64,000 nucleotides of DNA from an uncultured Actinomycetes bacterium (GTDB lineage: Bacteria > Actinomycetota > Acidimicrobiia > Acidimicrobiales > Acidimicrobilacustridaceae), in the NCBI GenBank assembly GCA_963702555.1, contig CAVPCW010000011.1, positions 499,753 through 563,752 on the forward strand, written 5' to 3'. The position numbers were made by a program, and so were the translations under genes. The notes under the pieces are model-generated. The model was not told where the DNA came from and searched no databases. It was given only the letters and a program-made list of their open reading frames with translations. This document shows, in pieces, positions 16,642-25,288 of the stretch. The stretch's first letter is position 1. Every line of letters starts with the position of its first letter.

Positions 16642-17538
16642 TCACATCACTGCCGAGCCCGAGGCACCCGGCGGCGGGTCGCCGAGGCCCCGCACGATGC
16701 TCTCCTGGCTGAACGACGCCACGAGCTCTCCCGACCGGGTGAACACGTGGGCTCGCCCGTAGGCGCGACCGCCGCCGGCGAACGGGCTCTCCAGCGCCAT
16801 GAGCAGCCACTCGGACGCGTCGAAGGGTCGGTGGAAGCTCAGGGCCTCGGAGATGACTCCGGTCGAGATGGTGCGGTGGGCCTGTTCCTGGCCGATGCCG
16901 GCATGGGGGCGCATGGCGGTGGCGATCAGGTAGCCGTCGGTGGCCCATGCCAGCACGGCCTGGCTGGCGGTCAGGTCGAGCGCGGGGCCGGGCAGGCGCG
17001 TCCAGAGGAAGAGCTCGGCGGGCCCGACGGGCGCGTCGGCGTGCACCAGGTCGACGTCGTCCACGATGCGGACCTCGGCTCCCGGGTAGACCAGGTAGTT
17101 CGAGGCGGGAGCCAACGCGTCGGGACCCGGCACGTCGGGCATCGGAGGCGAGTGGTCGAGGAGGTCCGGTTCCTCGACGTCGAGCAGCACGACGGCCTGG
17201 ACGCAGTTCCGGTCGCCCTGACGGACGCTCACGTTCTGGCTGCCGAAGACTCGACCGACGTGGACCGGCTCGACGACGATCTCGAGCGGAGCCTTGAAGC
17301 TGGCGGCCCGCGCGAACACCGCCTGGAGCGACTTGACCCGCTTGCCCGGGGTGCGCGCCGTGGCCGCCACGACCATCTGCGCGAGCATCTGCCCGCCGAA
17401 GACGACGTCGCGCACCTCACCGTCGCCGTGGTGCGGTGCCAGGAAGCGCCCCTCGCCGAGGTGCTCGAGGCGCAGCATGTCGAGGTCGTCGGCCGCCGCG
17501 GCAACGGTCCCGTGGTCGTCGTCGTCGTCGTGGGTCAT
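16642..17538 (-). CDS. Acyl-CoA thioesterase II (TesB-like, double hotdog)
   Basis: 298 aa. It contains VFGGQMLAQ and a later ATDGYL...SFHRPF segment typical of TesB. The acidic N-terminus reads MTHDDDDDHG. Confidence 0.8.
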   Translation of the reverse strand: MTHDDDDDHGTVAAAADDLDMLRLEHLGEGRFLAPHHGDGEVRDVVFGGQMLAQMVVAATARTPGKRVKSLQAVFARAASFKAPLEIVVEPVHVGRVFGSQNVSVRQGDRNCVQAVVLLDVEEPDLLDHSPPMPDVPGPDALAPASNYLVYPGAEVRIVDDVDLVHADAPVGPAELFLWTRLPGPALDLTASQAVLAWATDGYLIATAMRPHAGIGQEQAHRTISTGVISEALSFHRPFDASEWLLMALESPFAGGGRAYGRAHVFTRSGELVASFSQESIVRGLGDPPPGASGSAVM

Positions 17539-17594
17539 CGTGTCCTGCCTCCTCGTCGGGCGAGGCCGAGGGTAGCGAAGAAAGCACCCGGCAT

Positions 17595-17611
17595 CTGACG
17601 CGTGCGTCAGC
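17595..17611. promoter_or_regulatory. Candidate operator box CTGACGCGTGCGTCAGC
   Basis: Near-perfect palindrome in the divergent region between TesB-FadD (start 17538) and the ABC importer operon (start 17648). Confidence 0.5.
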
Positions 17612-17647
17612 TATGGTGACCCAACGGTTGGGGAACCAGGGGAAAAC

Positions 17648-19012
17648 ATGAAGCGGTTCAGGTCTCGCCTGCTGTTCGCACTCGTCGCGGTGGTGTTCGT
17701 CGCCGCGGCGTGCAGCAACTCCGATGGCACGTCGTCGTCACCGAGTACCAGCGGCGGCTCGTCGGGTACGTCGGCCGCGGGTGACCGTGACACCAATGTG
17801 CCCATCAGCGGCGTTCCGGGGGTCACCGACGACTCCATCAGCTACGCCATCATCGGCACCAAGGCCAACAACCCTCTGGGGACGTGCATCCTCGACTGTT
17901 ACGCAGCAGGCGTGAAGGCCTACTTCGACTACCAGAACACCGAGTTCGGTGGCATCTACGGCCGCCAGCTCGACGCCACCAACGTCCTCGACGACGAGTT
18001 GGCCAACAACCAGGCGCGTTCCATCGAGGTGATCTCGGCCGGTGAGGACTTCGGAGTCTTCGTGGCCACCCTCGTCGCCGCCGGCTACGGCGACCTCAAC
18101 GACGCCGGTGTCCCGACGTACGGCTGGGGCATCCACGCCACCGAGGCGAACGGTCGCGAGGCCATCTTCCCGAGCGTTCCCGTGGCGTGCGCCGACTGCA
18201 CCTCGCGTGGTGGTTCCTACCTGCTGAAGCAGACAGGCCTCACCAAGGTGGCTGCCCTCGGCTACGGCGTCAGCGAGAACTCCAAGGTCTGCACGGGCAC
18301 GGCACGGGACTCCTTCGAGAACTACGCCGACGTCACTGGAGCCGAGGTCGTGTACTTCAACGACGACCTCGGCTTCGGGCTCCCGAACGGCATCGGCCCA
18401 GAGGTCACGGCCATGAAGGCGGCGGGGGTCCAGTACATCTCGACCTGCATGGACCTCAACGGCATGAAGACCCTCGCCCAGGAGCTGCAGCGCCAGGGCA
18501 TGGAGGACGTCGTGCTCGCCCATCCCAACACGTACAACCAGGACTTCGTCGCTGACGCCGGGACGCTCTTCGAGGGCGACTTCGTCACCCCCGCCTTCCG
18601 GCCCTTCGAGGCCACGCCCAACGAGTCGCAACAGAAGTTCGTGGAGTACATGGGCAAGGCCAACCAGGAGCTCAGCGAGCTCGCGATGACCGGCTGGATC
18701 AACGCCACCGTCGCCGTCGGCGGACTGCTCGCCGCCGGCCCGGACTTCGACCGCCAGAGCGTCATCGACGCCACCAACACCCTGACCGCCGACAGCGCTG
18801 GCGGGCTGATCGTCCCGGTCGACTGGTCCAAGCAGCACACCCCGCCGACGCAGGACAACCCCTCGGCGGGTGGTCAGTACGAGTGCATCGCCAGCGTCAA
18901 GGTGGTGGGCGGAAAGTTCGTCACGGTCGCCGACCCGGACACGCCCTTCATCTGCTGGTCCACCAGTTCTCGGGACTGGGTCGAGCCCGAACAGAAGGCC
19001 TTCGACGAGTGA
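17648..19012 (+). CDS. ABC transporter substrate-binding lipoprotein (Liv/PBP1 type)
   Basis: 454 aa. It has a signal peptide with lipobox VAAAC followed by a Ser-rich linker, and type-1 periplasmic-binding-fold-like sequence. Confidence 0.8.
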   Translation: MKRFRSRLLFALVAVVFVAAACSNSDGTSSSPSTSGGSSGTSAAGDRDTNVPISGVPGVTDDSISYAIIGTKANNPLGTCILDCYAAGVKAYFDYQNTEFGGIYGRQLDATNVLDDELANNQARSIEVISAGEDFGVFVATLVAAGYGDLNDAGVPTYGWGIHATEANGREAIFPSVPVACADCTSRGGSYLLKQTGLTKVAALGYGVSENSKVCTGTARDSFENYADVTGAEVVYFNDDLGFGLPNGIGPEVTAMKAAGVQYISTCMDLNGMKTLAQELQRQGMEDVVLAHPNTYNQDFVADAGTLFEGDFVTPAFRPFEATPNESQQKFVEYMGKANQELSELAMTGWINATVAVGGLLAAGPDFDRQSVIDATNTLTADSAGGLIVPVDWSKQHTPPTQDNPSAGGQYECIASVKVVGGKFVTVADPDTPFICWSTSSRDWVEPEQKAFDE

Positions 19013-19062
19013 GCGTGCTGCGTTGACGGCCCGACGACGTCCGAACCTGAGCTGAGGATCCG

Positions 19063-21228
19063 GTGATACTCGCCTCAGGCGCGGCCGAGGACCTCTTCCG
19101 GTCCGTCCTCCAGGGGCTGCCCCCGGGGTCGGTCTACGCGCTCATCGCGCTCGGGTTCGTCTTGACCTACAAGACCTCCGGCGTGTTCAACCTGGCCTTC
19201 GGTGCCCAGGCGTACATGTCGGCGGCGCTGTACTTCAAGGCGCGCAACGACTGGGGCTGGCCCACCCTTCCCGCGCTGTTCGTCTCCGTGTTCGTCCTCG
19301 CTCCGTTGGTCGGGTTGATCCTCGAGCGGTTCATCTTCCGGCACCTGCGCACCGCATCGGCGGTGGCCAAGCTCGTCGTGTCCATCGGGCTCACCGTGGC
19401 CATGCCCGCGCTCTTCGACCTGATCTTCGGCTTCACCGCCGTCGCCGGCCGGACTCCCACCGGCATCCTGGCCGGAGGCGCCGACGTCTTCTACGACCCG
19501 TTCGGGGTGTACCCGTTCAGTCGCAACGAGTTGGCCCAGCTCGTCATCGCCGTGACCGCCATGCTGGCCATGGCGGCGCTGTTCCGGTTCACCGCGCTCG
19601 GCCTGCGCATGCGCGCCGTGGTCGAGAGCCCCCGCATGGCCGAGCTGAACCGGGTCGACGCCAACAAGGTGTCGGCCTTCTCCTGGGCTCTGTCGAGCTT
19701 CTTCGCCGGCCTCGCCGGTGTGCTGATCGCCCCTCGGTTCAACACCCTGGTCGCCCCGGACTTCTTCGGCCTCGTCATCGTGGCGGTGGCCGCCGCGGCC
19801 ATCGGCCGGCTGGTCAGCCTGCCCCGGGCGCTCATCGGAGGTCTGGGCCTCGGGGTGTTCATCTCGCTGTTCAACACGTTCCTGCCGCAGTGGAGCGAGT
19901 CCCTCGCGTTCCTACGACCCATCCAGGACAACATCACGCCCGCGGTGCCGTTCCTCGTCCTCTTCGGGATCTTCGTCTTCTGGCCGGCCGTCAGGAAGGC
20001 CCCCGAGGCCTCGGATCCCATGGCCGGTGTCGACCCCCCACCACCGGTTGACGCCACCGCGGAACGGAGCCGCACGCTGACCATCGCCGTTCGCGTCTTC
20101 GGGGTCACGTTCCTCGTCGCGATCTTCGCAGTGGTGTTCCTCCGGGCCGACCAGTTCTGGCTGTTCCTCGTCACCCAGGGGGTGGTGCTCGGCATCATCT
20201 TCCTGTCCATCACGGTGATCACCGGCTTCGCCGGGCAGATCTCGTTGTGCCAGGGGGCTTTCGCCGCGATCGGTGGCTTCACCGTGTTCCAGATGGCCTC
20301 CCGCTACGACATGTCGGTCCTGTTGGCAGCCGTCATAGGTGCGGTGATCGCCGCCGCCGTCGGCGCGCTCCTGGCCTACCCGGTGCGCCGCCTCGGAGGG
20401 GTCTGGTTGGCCATCGCCACCCTGGCCTTCGCCTTCTTCTTCGACGCCGTCGTCGTGAAGTTCTCGTGGGTGGGTGGAGGGAGCACCCTGCAGGGCACCC
20501 GCGTCCCGCGGCCGGAGCTCGGGCCGTTCGACTTCAACAACGGCAAGACCTTCCTGGCGCTGTGCCTCATCGTGTTCACTGTCGTGGCCGTCGTCGTGAT
20601 CCAACTGCGGGGCGGCACCTTCGGGCGCACCCTCCGGGCCATCCAGGGCAGCGAGGTCGCCGCCCAGTCCATCGGCATCTCCCCGGCCCGGGCGCGGATC
20701 ATCGCCTTCGCCGTGTCGGCCTTCATCGCCGGACTCGGTGGCGCGTTCCTCTCGATCGCCCAGAAGAACGTCAACTACGGCAACAACTTCGCACCGGTAC
20801 CGGCGTTGTTCTGGTTGGTGCTCGTGGTCAGCCTCAGCTCGCGGACGGTGACCGGTGCTGCGCAGGCGGGCGGCGTGTTCATGCTCTTCGACGCCGTCAT
20901 CCTGAAGGGGGCGTTCCTCGGCTGGATCCTCGGGGGGCAGAGCCAGATCCCCGGGCTCTTCCCGATCGACCCGAAGTGGAGGTTCGTGCTGTTCGGCCTC
21001 ACCGCGGTCCAGTACGCCAAGCATCCCGAGGGCATGCTCGAGTACAGCACTCGCAAGAACACGGCGAGGATCGACGCGTGGTTGGCGAAGCGGCGAACGC
21101 GGGCCAGCGGGGACGCAGGGCCGCCCGGGGAAGCCGGTGTCGCCGTCCTCTCCGGGCCCCCCGGTCCGGCGGATGACCCCGTCGGAGCAGACGCCGGACC
21201 GCCGGATCCCGTCGAGGCGCCACGATGA
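19063..21228 (+). CDS. Fused branched-chain-amino-acid-type ABC permease (LivH-like plus LivM-like halves)
   Basis: 721 aa and very hydrophobic. The N-terminal half is LivH-like (GSVYALIALGFVLTYKTSGVFNLAFG). The C-terminal half is LivM-like (GFAGQISLCQGAFAAIGG). It ends in a Pro/Gly-rich tail. Confidence 0.85.
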   Translation: MILASGAAEDLFRSVLQGLPPGSVYALIALGFVLTYKTSGVFNLAFGAQAYMSAALYFKARNDWGWPTLPALFVSVFVLAPLVGLILERFIFRHLRTASAVAKLVVSIGLTVAMPALFDLIFGFTAVAGRTPTGILAGGADVFYDPFGVYPFSRNELAQLVIAVTAMLAMAALFRFTALGLRMRAVVESPRMAELNRVDANKVSAFSWALSSFFAGLAGVLIAPRFNTLVAPDFFGLVIVAVAAAAIGRLVSLPRALIGGLGLGVFISLFNTFLPQWSESLAFLRPIQDNITPAVPFLVLFGIFVFWPAVRKAPEASDPMAGVDPPPPVDATAERSRTLTIAVRVFGVTFLVAIFAVVFLRADQFWLFLVTQGVVLGIIFLSITVITGFAGQISLCQGAFAAIGGFTVFQMASRYDMSVLLAAVIGAVIAAAVGALLAYPVRRLGGVWLAIATLAFAFFFDAVVVKFSWVGGGSTLQGTRVPRPELGPFDFNNGKTFLALCLIVFTVVAVVVIQLRGGTFGRTLRAIQGSEVAAQSIGISPARARIIAFAVSAFIAGLGGAFLSIAQKNVNYGNNFAPVPALFWLVLVVSLSSRTVTGAAQAGGVFMLFDAVILKGAFLGWILGGQSQIPGLFPIDPKWRFVLFGLTAVQYAKHPEGMLEYSTRKNTARIDAWLAKRRTRASGDAGPPGEAGVAVLSGPPGPADDPVGADAGPPDPVEAPR

Positions 21229-21995
21229 CAGCGCTGCTCGAAGCGACGGCCATCACCAAATCCTTCTCGGGGATCCGCGCCCTCGACGGGGTCGACCTCT
21301 CCGTCGAGAAGGGCCAGCGGGTGGGGCTGATCGGACCCAACGGGGCGGGCAAGACCACGTTCTTCAACTGCCTGCTCGGCATCAGCCCGCAGACCACAGG
21401 CAAGATCGTCTTCGACGGCCACGACCTTCGGGGGATGTCGGTGCAGCGCCGGGCCCGCGCCGGCATCGGCCGGACCTTCCAGCGCATCGAGCTCTTCGCG
21501 GACACGACCGTCCGTGAGCACCTGCTGATCGCCGAGCGGATCCGCAACGGCACCGGCTCCTTCTTCAAGGACCTCATCGGCCTCGGTCGTTCCACCGCGG
21601 CCGAGATCGCCGAAGCCGATGCCGTCCTGGAGCTGCTCGGGCTCGAAGATCTCGCCGACGCCCAGATCGAGAGCCTCAGCCTCGGCAAGGGTCGCCTGGT
21701 CGAGGTGGGGCGGGCGCTGATGACCCGACCCCAGCTGCTTCTGCTCGACGAGCCGTCGTCAGGTCTCGATCACTCGGAGACGGCGGCGCTGGCCCAGACC
21801 CTCCGGGAGGTCCAGGCGGAGCAGGGCTTCGCCATCCTCCTGGTGGAGCACGACGTGGAGCTGGTGACCAGCTTCACGGAGCGGACCTACGTCCTGGACT
21901 TCGGCCGCACCATCGCCGCCGGGCCGACCGCCGAAGTCATGCACGACCCCGCCGTGCGCAGGGCCTACCTCGGGGACCTGGGGGTGGGGCGATGA
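21225..21995 (+). CDS. ABC transporter ATP-binding protein (LivG-like)
   Basis: 256 aa. Walker A GPNGAGKTT, LLLLDEPSSGLD. ATGA overlap with the permease stop. Confidence 0.9.
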   Translation: MTALLEATAITKSFSGIRALDGVDLSVEKGQRVGLIGPNGAGKTTFFNCLLGISPQTTGKIVFDGHDLRGMSVQRRARAGIGRTFQRIELFADTTVREHLLIAERIRNGTGSFFKDLIGLGRSTAAEIAEADAVLELLGLEDLADAQIESLSLGKGRLVEVGRALMTRPQLLLLDEPSSGLDHSETAALAQTLREVQAEQGFAILLVEHDVELVTSFTERTYVLDFGRTIAAGPTAEVMHDPAVRRAYLGDLGVGR

Positions 21996-22711
21996 TCGCC
22001 GTCGCCCCGATGCTCGAGCTCGACGACGTCTACGCCTCGTACGGACCGTTCCGTGCCCTCTTCGGCGTGTCGTTGACCGTCGGGCGGGGTGAGGCCGTGG
22101 CCCTGCTCGGTGCCAACGGGATGGGCAAGACGACCGTGGCTCGCGTCGCCAGCGGCCTGGTCAAGCCGACCTCGGGGACGGTGTCGCTCGAAGGCATCGA
22201 CGTCACCAATCGCCCGACCCGTGACTTCGCCCGGCTGGGGGTGGCCCATGCACCTGAGGGCCGGTCGGTCTTCGCCACGTTCACGGTGGAGGAGAACCTG
22301 ACGTTGTCGTTCCGGGGGTCGCTCGGTCGGGCCGGCGTGAGCGGCGGACTGGAACGGGCCTACGAGCTGTTCCCGAAGCTCGGGGTGCGTCGTAAGCAGA
22401 TCGCCGGCACGCTCTCGGGGGGTGAGCAGCGCATGCTCTCCCTGGCCCGGGTGATGGTGGAGGCTCCGAAGCTCCTCGTTGCCGACGAGCTCTCGTTGGG
22501 GCTGGCGCCCATCATCGTCGACGAGGTCTACGAGCTCCTGGCCACCATCCGCGACGGCGGCACCTCGTTGCTGATCGTCGAGCAGCAGATCGGTCCCGCT
22601 CTCCGGCTGTGCAGCAGGGCGGTGCTGCTGGATCGCGGCGCCGTGCGCTGGGAAGGAGACGCGGAGGGGGCGGCCGACATCATGGCCGACGCCATGTTCC
22701 AAGGAGAGTGA
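21992..22711 (+). CDS. ABC transporter ATP-binding protein (LivF-like)
   Basis: 239 aa. Walker A GANGMGKTT and signature LSGGEQRML. ATGA overlap with the preceding gene. Confidence 0.9.
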   Translation: MIAVAPMLELDDVYASYGPFRALFGVSLTVGRGEAVALLGANGMGKTTVARVASGLVKPTSGTVSLEGIDVTNRPTRDFARLGVAHAPEGRSVFATFTVEENLTLSFRGSLGRAGVSGGLERAYELFPKLGVRRKQIAGTLSGGEQRMLSLARVMVEAPKLLVADELSLGLAPIIVDEVYELLATIRDGGTSLLIVEQQIGPALRLCSRAVLLDRGAVRWEGDAEGAADIMADAMFQGE

Positions 22712-22714
22712 GCC

Positions 22715-23908
22715 GTGGAGTTCGACCCGTTCAGCAGGGAGTTCTTCGAAAGCCCTGACGAGGTGTACCGGTGGCTGCGGGACGAGGCGCCCGTCTACCA
22801 CAACCCGGATGTCGGGTTCTGGGCGGTCTCGCGCTACGCCGACTGCGTCGAGGTGCACCGCGACGTCGCCGCGTTCACCTCGACCCACGGGCTGACCATC
22901 GACCAGCTCACCAGTCCCGAGTTCGGCGAGATGACCGGCTTGATGAACTCGATGATCATGATGGACCCGCCGATGCACGACCGGATGCGAAAGCTCGTCA
23001 GCCGGGCGTTCACGCCACGACGCATCGCCGACTGGGGCCCGGTGGTCGACACCGTGATCGGCTCGATCCTCGACGACCTCGAAGGACGCGACGGCTTCGA
23101 CCTGGTCAGGGACTTCAGTGGCCCGTTCCCGGTGGAGGTCATCTGCGCCATCGTCGGCGTCCCGGAGGGCGACCGTCAGCAGATCCGGCACTGGACCGAT
23201 CGCCTGCTCGAACGGGAGGTGGGCAATCCGTTCCCCACCGCGGCCGGCATCGAGGCCGCCCTCGAATCCTCCGCCTACATGCAGCAACTGGTGGCCGACA
23301 AGCGTCGGCACCCGTCCGACGACATGGTCGGCCACCTCGTAGAGGCCGAGATCGAGCGCGAGGACGGATCGATCGACCATCTCGACGACACCGAGATCGC
23401 CGGCTTCGTCAGCCTCCTCACTGCCGCGGGCAGTGAGACGGTCACGAAGCTCATCGGCAATGCCGCGTTGATCTTCGCCGACAACCCCGGCGAGCTCGCC
23501 CGGATCAAGGCCGACCCGTCGCTGACCCCCGGGGCCGTCGAGGAGGTGTTGCGGTACCGCCCGCCGTCGCAGTACCAGGGTCGCTTCTGCCTCGAGGACC
23601 GGACGTTCCACGGCGTCACCATCCCTGCGGGAAGCCCCGTCCTCGTCGTCACCGGCGCCGCGACCCGCGACCCGCGGGCCTACGAGGATCCGGATCGTTT
23701 CGACATCCAGCGGGAGGGACCGCTCGGCATCACGTTCGGCCACGGGATCCACTACTGCATCGGTGCCCACCTGGCCCGGCTCGAGAGTCGCGTCGCCATC
23801 GACGAGCTCTACCGCCGCTGGCCCGATCTCGAGATCGACCGCGCCGGAGTCGAGTGGGTGCAGATGTCGAACGTCGCCGGTCCCGCCAGCGTGCCGGTCG
23901 CGGTCTGA
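22715..23908 (+). CDS. Cytochrome P450
   Basis: 397 aa. GTG start 3 nt after the livF-like stop. Heme loop FGHGIHYCIGAHLARLE; the EVLRYRPP region supplies the ExxR motif. Confidence 0.9.
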   Translation: MEFDPFSREFFESPDEVYRWLRDEAPVYHNPDVGFWAVSRYADCVEVHRDVAAFTSTHGLTIDQLTSPEFGEMTGLMNSMIMMDPPMHDRMRKLVSRAFTPRRIADWGPVVDTVIGSILDDLEGRDGFDLVRDFSGPFPVEVICAIVGVPEGDRQQIRHWTDRLLEREVGNPFPTAAGIEAALESSAYMQQLVADKRRHPSDDMVGHLVEAEIEREDGSIDHLDDTEIAGFVSLLTAAGSETVTKLIGNAALIFADNPGELARIKADPSLTPGAVEEVLRYRPPSQYQGRFCLEDRTFHGVTIPAGSPVLVVTGAATRDPRAYEDPDRFDIQREGPLGITFGHGIHYCIGAHLARLESRVAIDELYRRWPDLEIDRAGVEWVQMSNVAGPASVPVAV

Positions 23909-23938
23909 GGGGGTCGAGGCCTCACTCGCCGGCCGCGC

Positions 23939-25276
23939 TCAGCGGGAACGGGCGGGTGCCCAGACCTCGGAGGGACCGCCGGCTGCGGGCGTGTCCCAGA
24001 GCAGCTGCCGGCGTCGGGCTCGGCGCACCAGGAGGTCGAGGAGCCTGTGGTCGCCGGCGCCGGCGGCCGCGGAGGCGAGATCGGCCAGGTCCGCGTCCAC
24101 CGCGCCGGCCCCGAGGGTGGCGCGGAGGTCGCCGGCCTCGAGCGACTGCAGTTCGTCGTTGAGGTGTTCCCTCGCCTCGTCGTGTTCCAGGACCAGGAGT
24201 CGATCGCGGATCCGCAGCTTCGCCACCGGGTCGGTGTCGGCGGCGAGCTCGTCACGGAGATCGTGGATGGTCGCGGCGCGGGTCGACGTGTCGCCGATCG
24301 TGGGAGGCTCCGGAACCTCCGCCGTCGTGGGCGTGAACCCCACGGCGTCGGCGAGGGCGCAGCCGAGCCCGGTGAGGAAGCGGTGGTGGGGGGCCATGTA
24401 GGCGTTGAGCCCGAGGGCGCCGCCGCCGCGGTGGATGACCGCTCCGGTCGTGACCGCGCAGCGGAGCTGGACCATCGCCGCGTAGTAGCGCACCGCTTCC
24501 GGGTCAACGGCGCACCCGGTCGCCTCCTCGTACAGTTGGTCGCGGCGTCCGGTGTCGGCGAACGCCCCCCGCTGACCGGAGCGCATGTCGATCCAGGCGA
24601 TGTCGTCCATCGGATCGCCGAGGTGGGCGAACTCCCAGTCGACCAGGCCCGTGACGACGCCGGCCTCGTGCAGGAAGTTCCCCGGCCCGGTGTCTCCCTG
24701 GACGAGGGCGGTGCGGCTGACCGCGCCGGGTGCCATCCGCTGGAGCCAGCCGAACCCGTACACGATCATCGGTTCGCTCATCAGCCCGTTCGCCGTGGCG
24801 ATCCGGCGCCAGCGATCGAGGTCGTCGAGGGCGTGGGCCTCGGCGGAGGTGGGGCTGGTGAAGCCGGGGAGATCGAGGTCGGAGGGGTCGAGGCGGTGGA
24901 GCGCACCGAGCGCACCGAAGAAGCCGGCCAGCACCCGGCCGGCCTCGGGGCCGTCCTCGTCGTCGATCCTGGCCGTGCCCGGGAGGCGCTCGAGCACGAG
25001 TGTCTCGCCGTCAGGAGCCGTGGCGATCAGATCGGCGATCGGCGGCCCCGTGTCCTTCAGCGCCCGGTAGACCACGGCTTCGCGTGCCAGGGAGAACGCC
25101 GTCCCGCCGAAGGCCCCTCCTTCTCCCTGCTGTCGCACGACGATCCGACGGGAGTCCTCCGGTCGACCGATCTCGACGAACCACGTCTCACGGGAGCCCC
25201 CGCCGAAGCTGCGGCGCGCCGAGGTGATCGGGCCGTCGAGCTCGGCCTCGAGCCAGCGTCGGAGGTCGGCGTCCAC
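23939..25276 (-). CDS. Phosphotransferase (APH/choline-kinase-like) family protein with a ~110-aa C-terminal extension
   Basis: 445 aa. Catalytic-loop-like LVQGDTGPGNFL and GLVDWEFAHLGDPMDDIAW. Confidence 0.8.
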   Translation of the reverse strand: MDADLRRWLEAELDGPITSARRSFGGGSRETWFVEIGRPEDSRRIVVRQQGEGGAFGGTAFSLAREAVVYRALKDTGPPIADLIATAPDGETLVLERLPGTARIDDEDGPEAGRVLAGFFGALGALHRLDPSDLDLPGFTSPTSAEAHALDDLDRWRRIATANGLMSEPMIVYGFGWLQRMAPGAVSRTALVQGDTGPGNFLHEAGVVTGLVDWEFAHLGDPMDDIAWIDMRSGQRGAFADTGRRDQLYEEATGCAVDPEAVRYYAAMVQLRCAVTTGAVIHRGGGALGLNAYMAPHHRFLTGLGCALADAVGFTPTTAEVPEPPTIGDTSTRAATIHDLRDELAADTDPVAKLRIRDRLLVLEHDEAREHLNDELQSLEAGDLRATLGAGAVDADLADLASAAAGAGDHRLLDLLVRRARRRQLLWDTPAAGGPSEVWAPARSR

Positions 25277-25288
25277 GGGCCGACTCCG

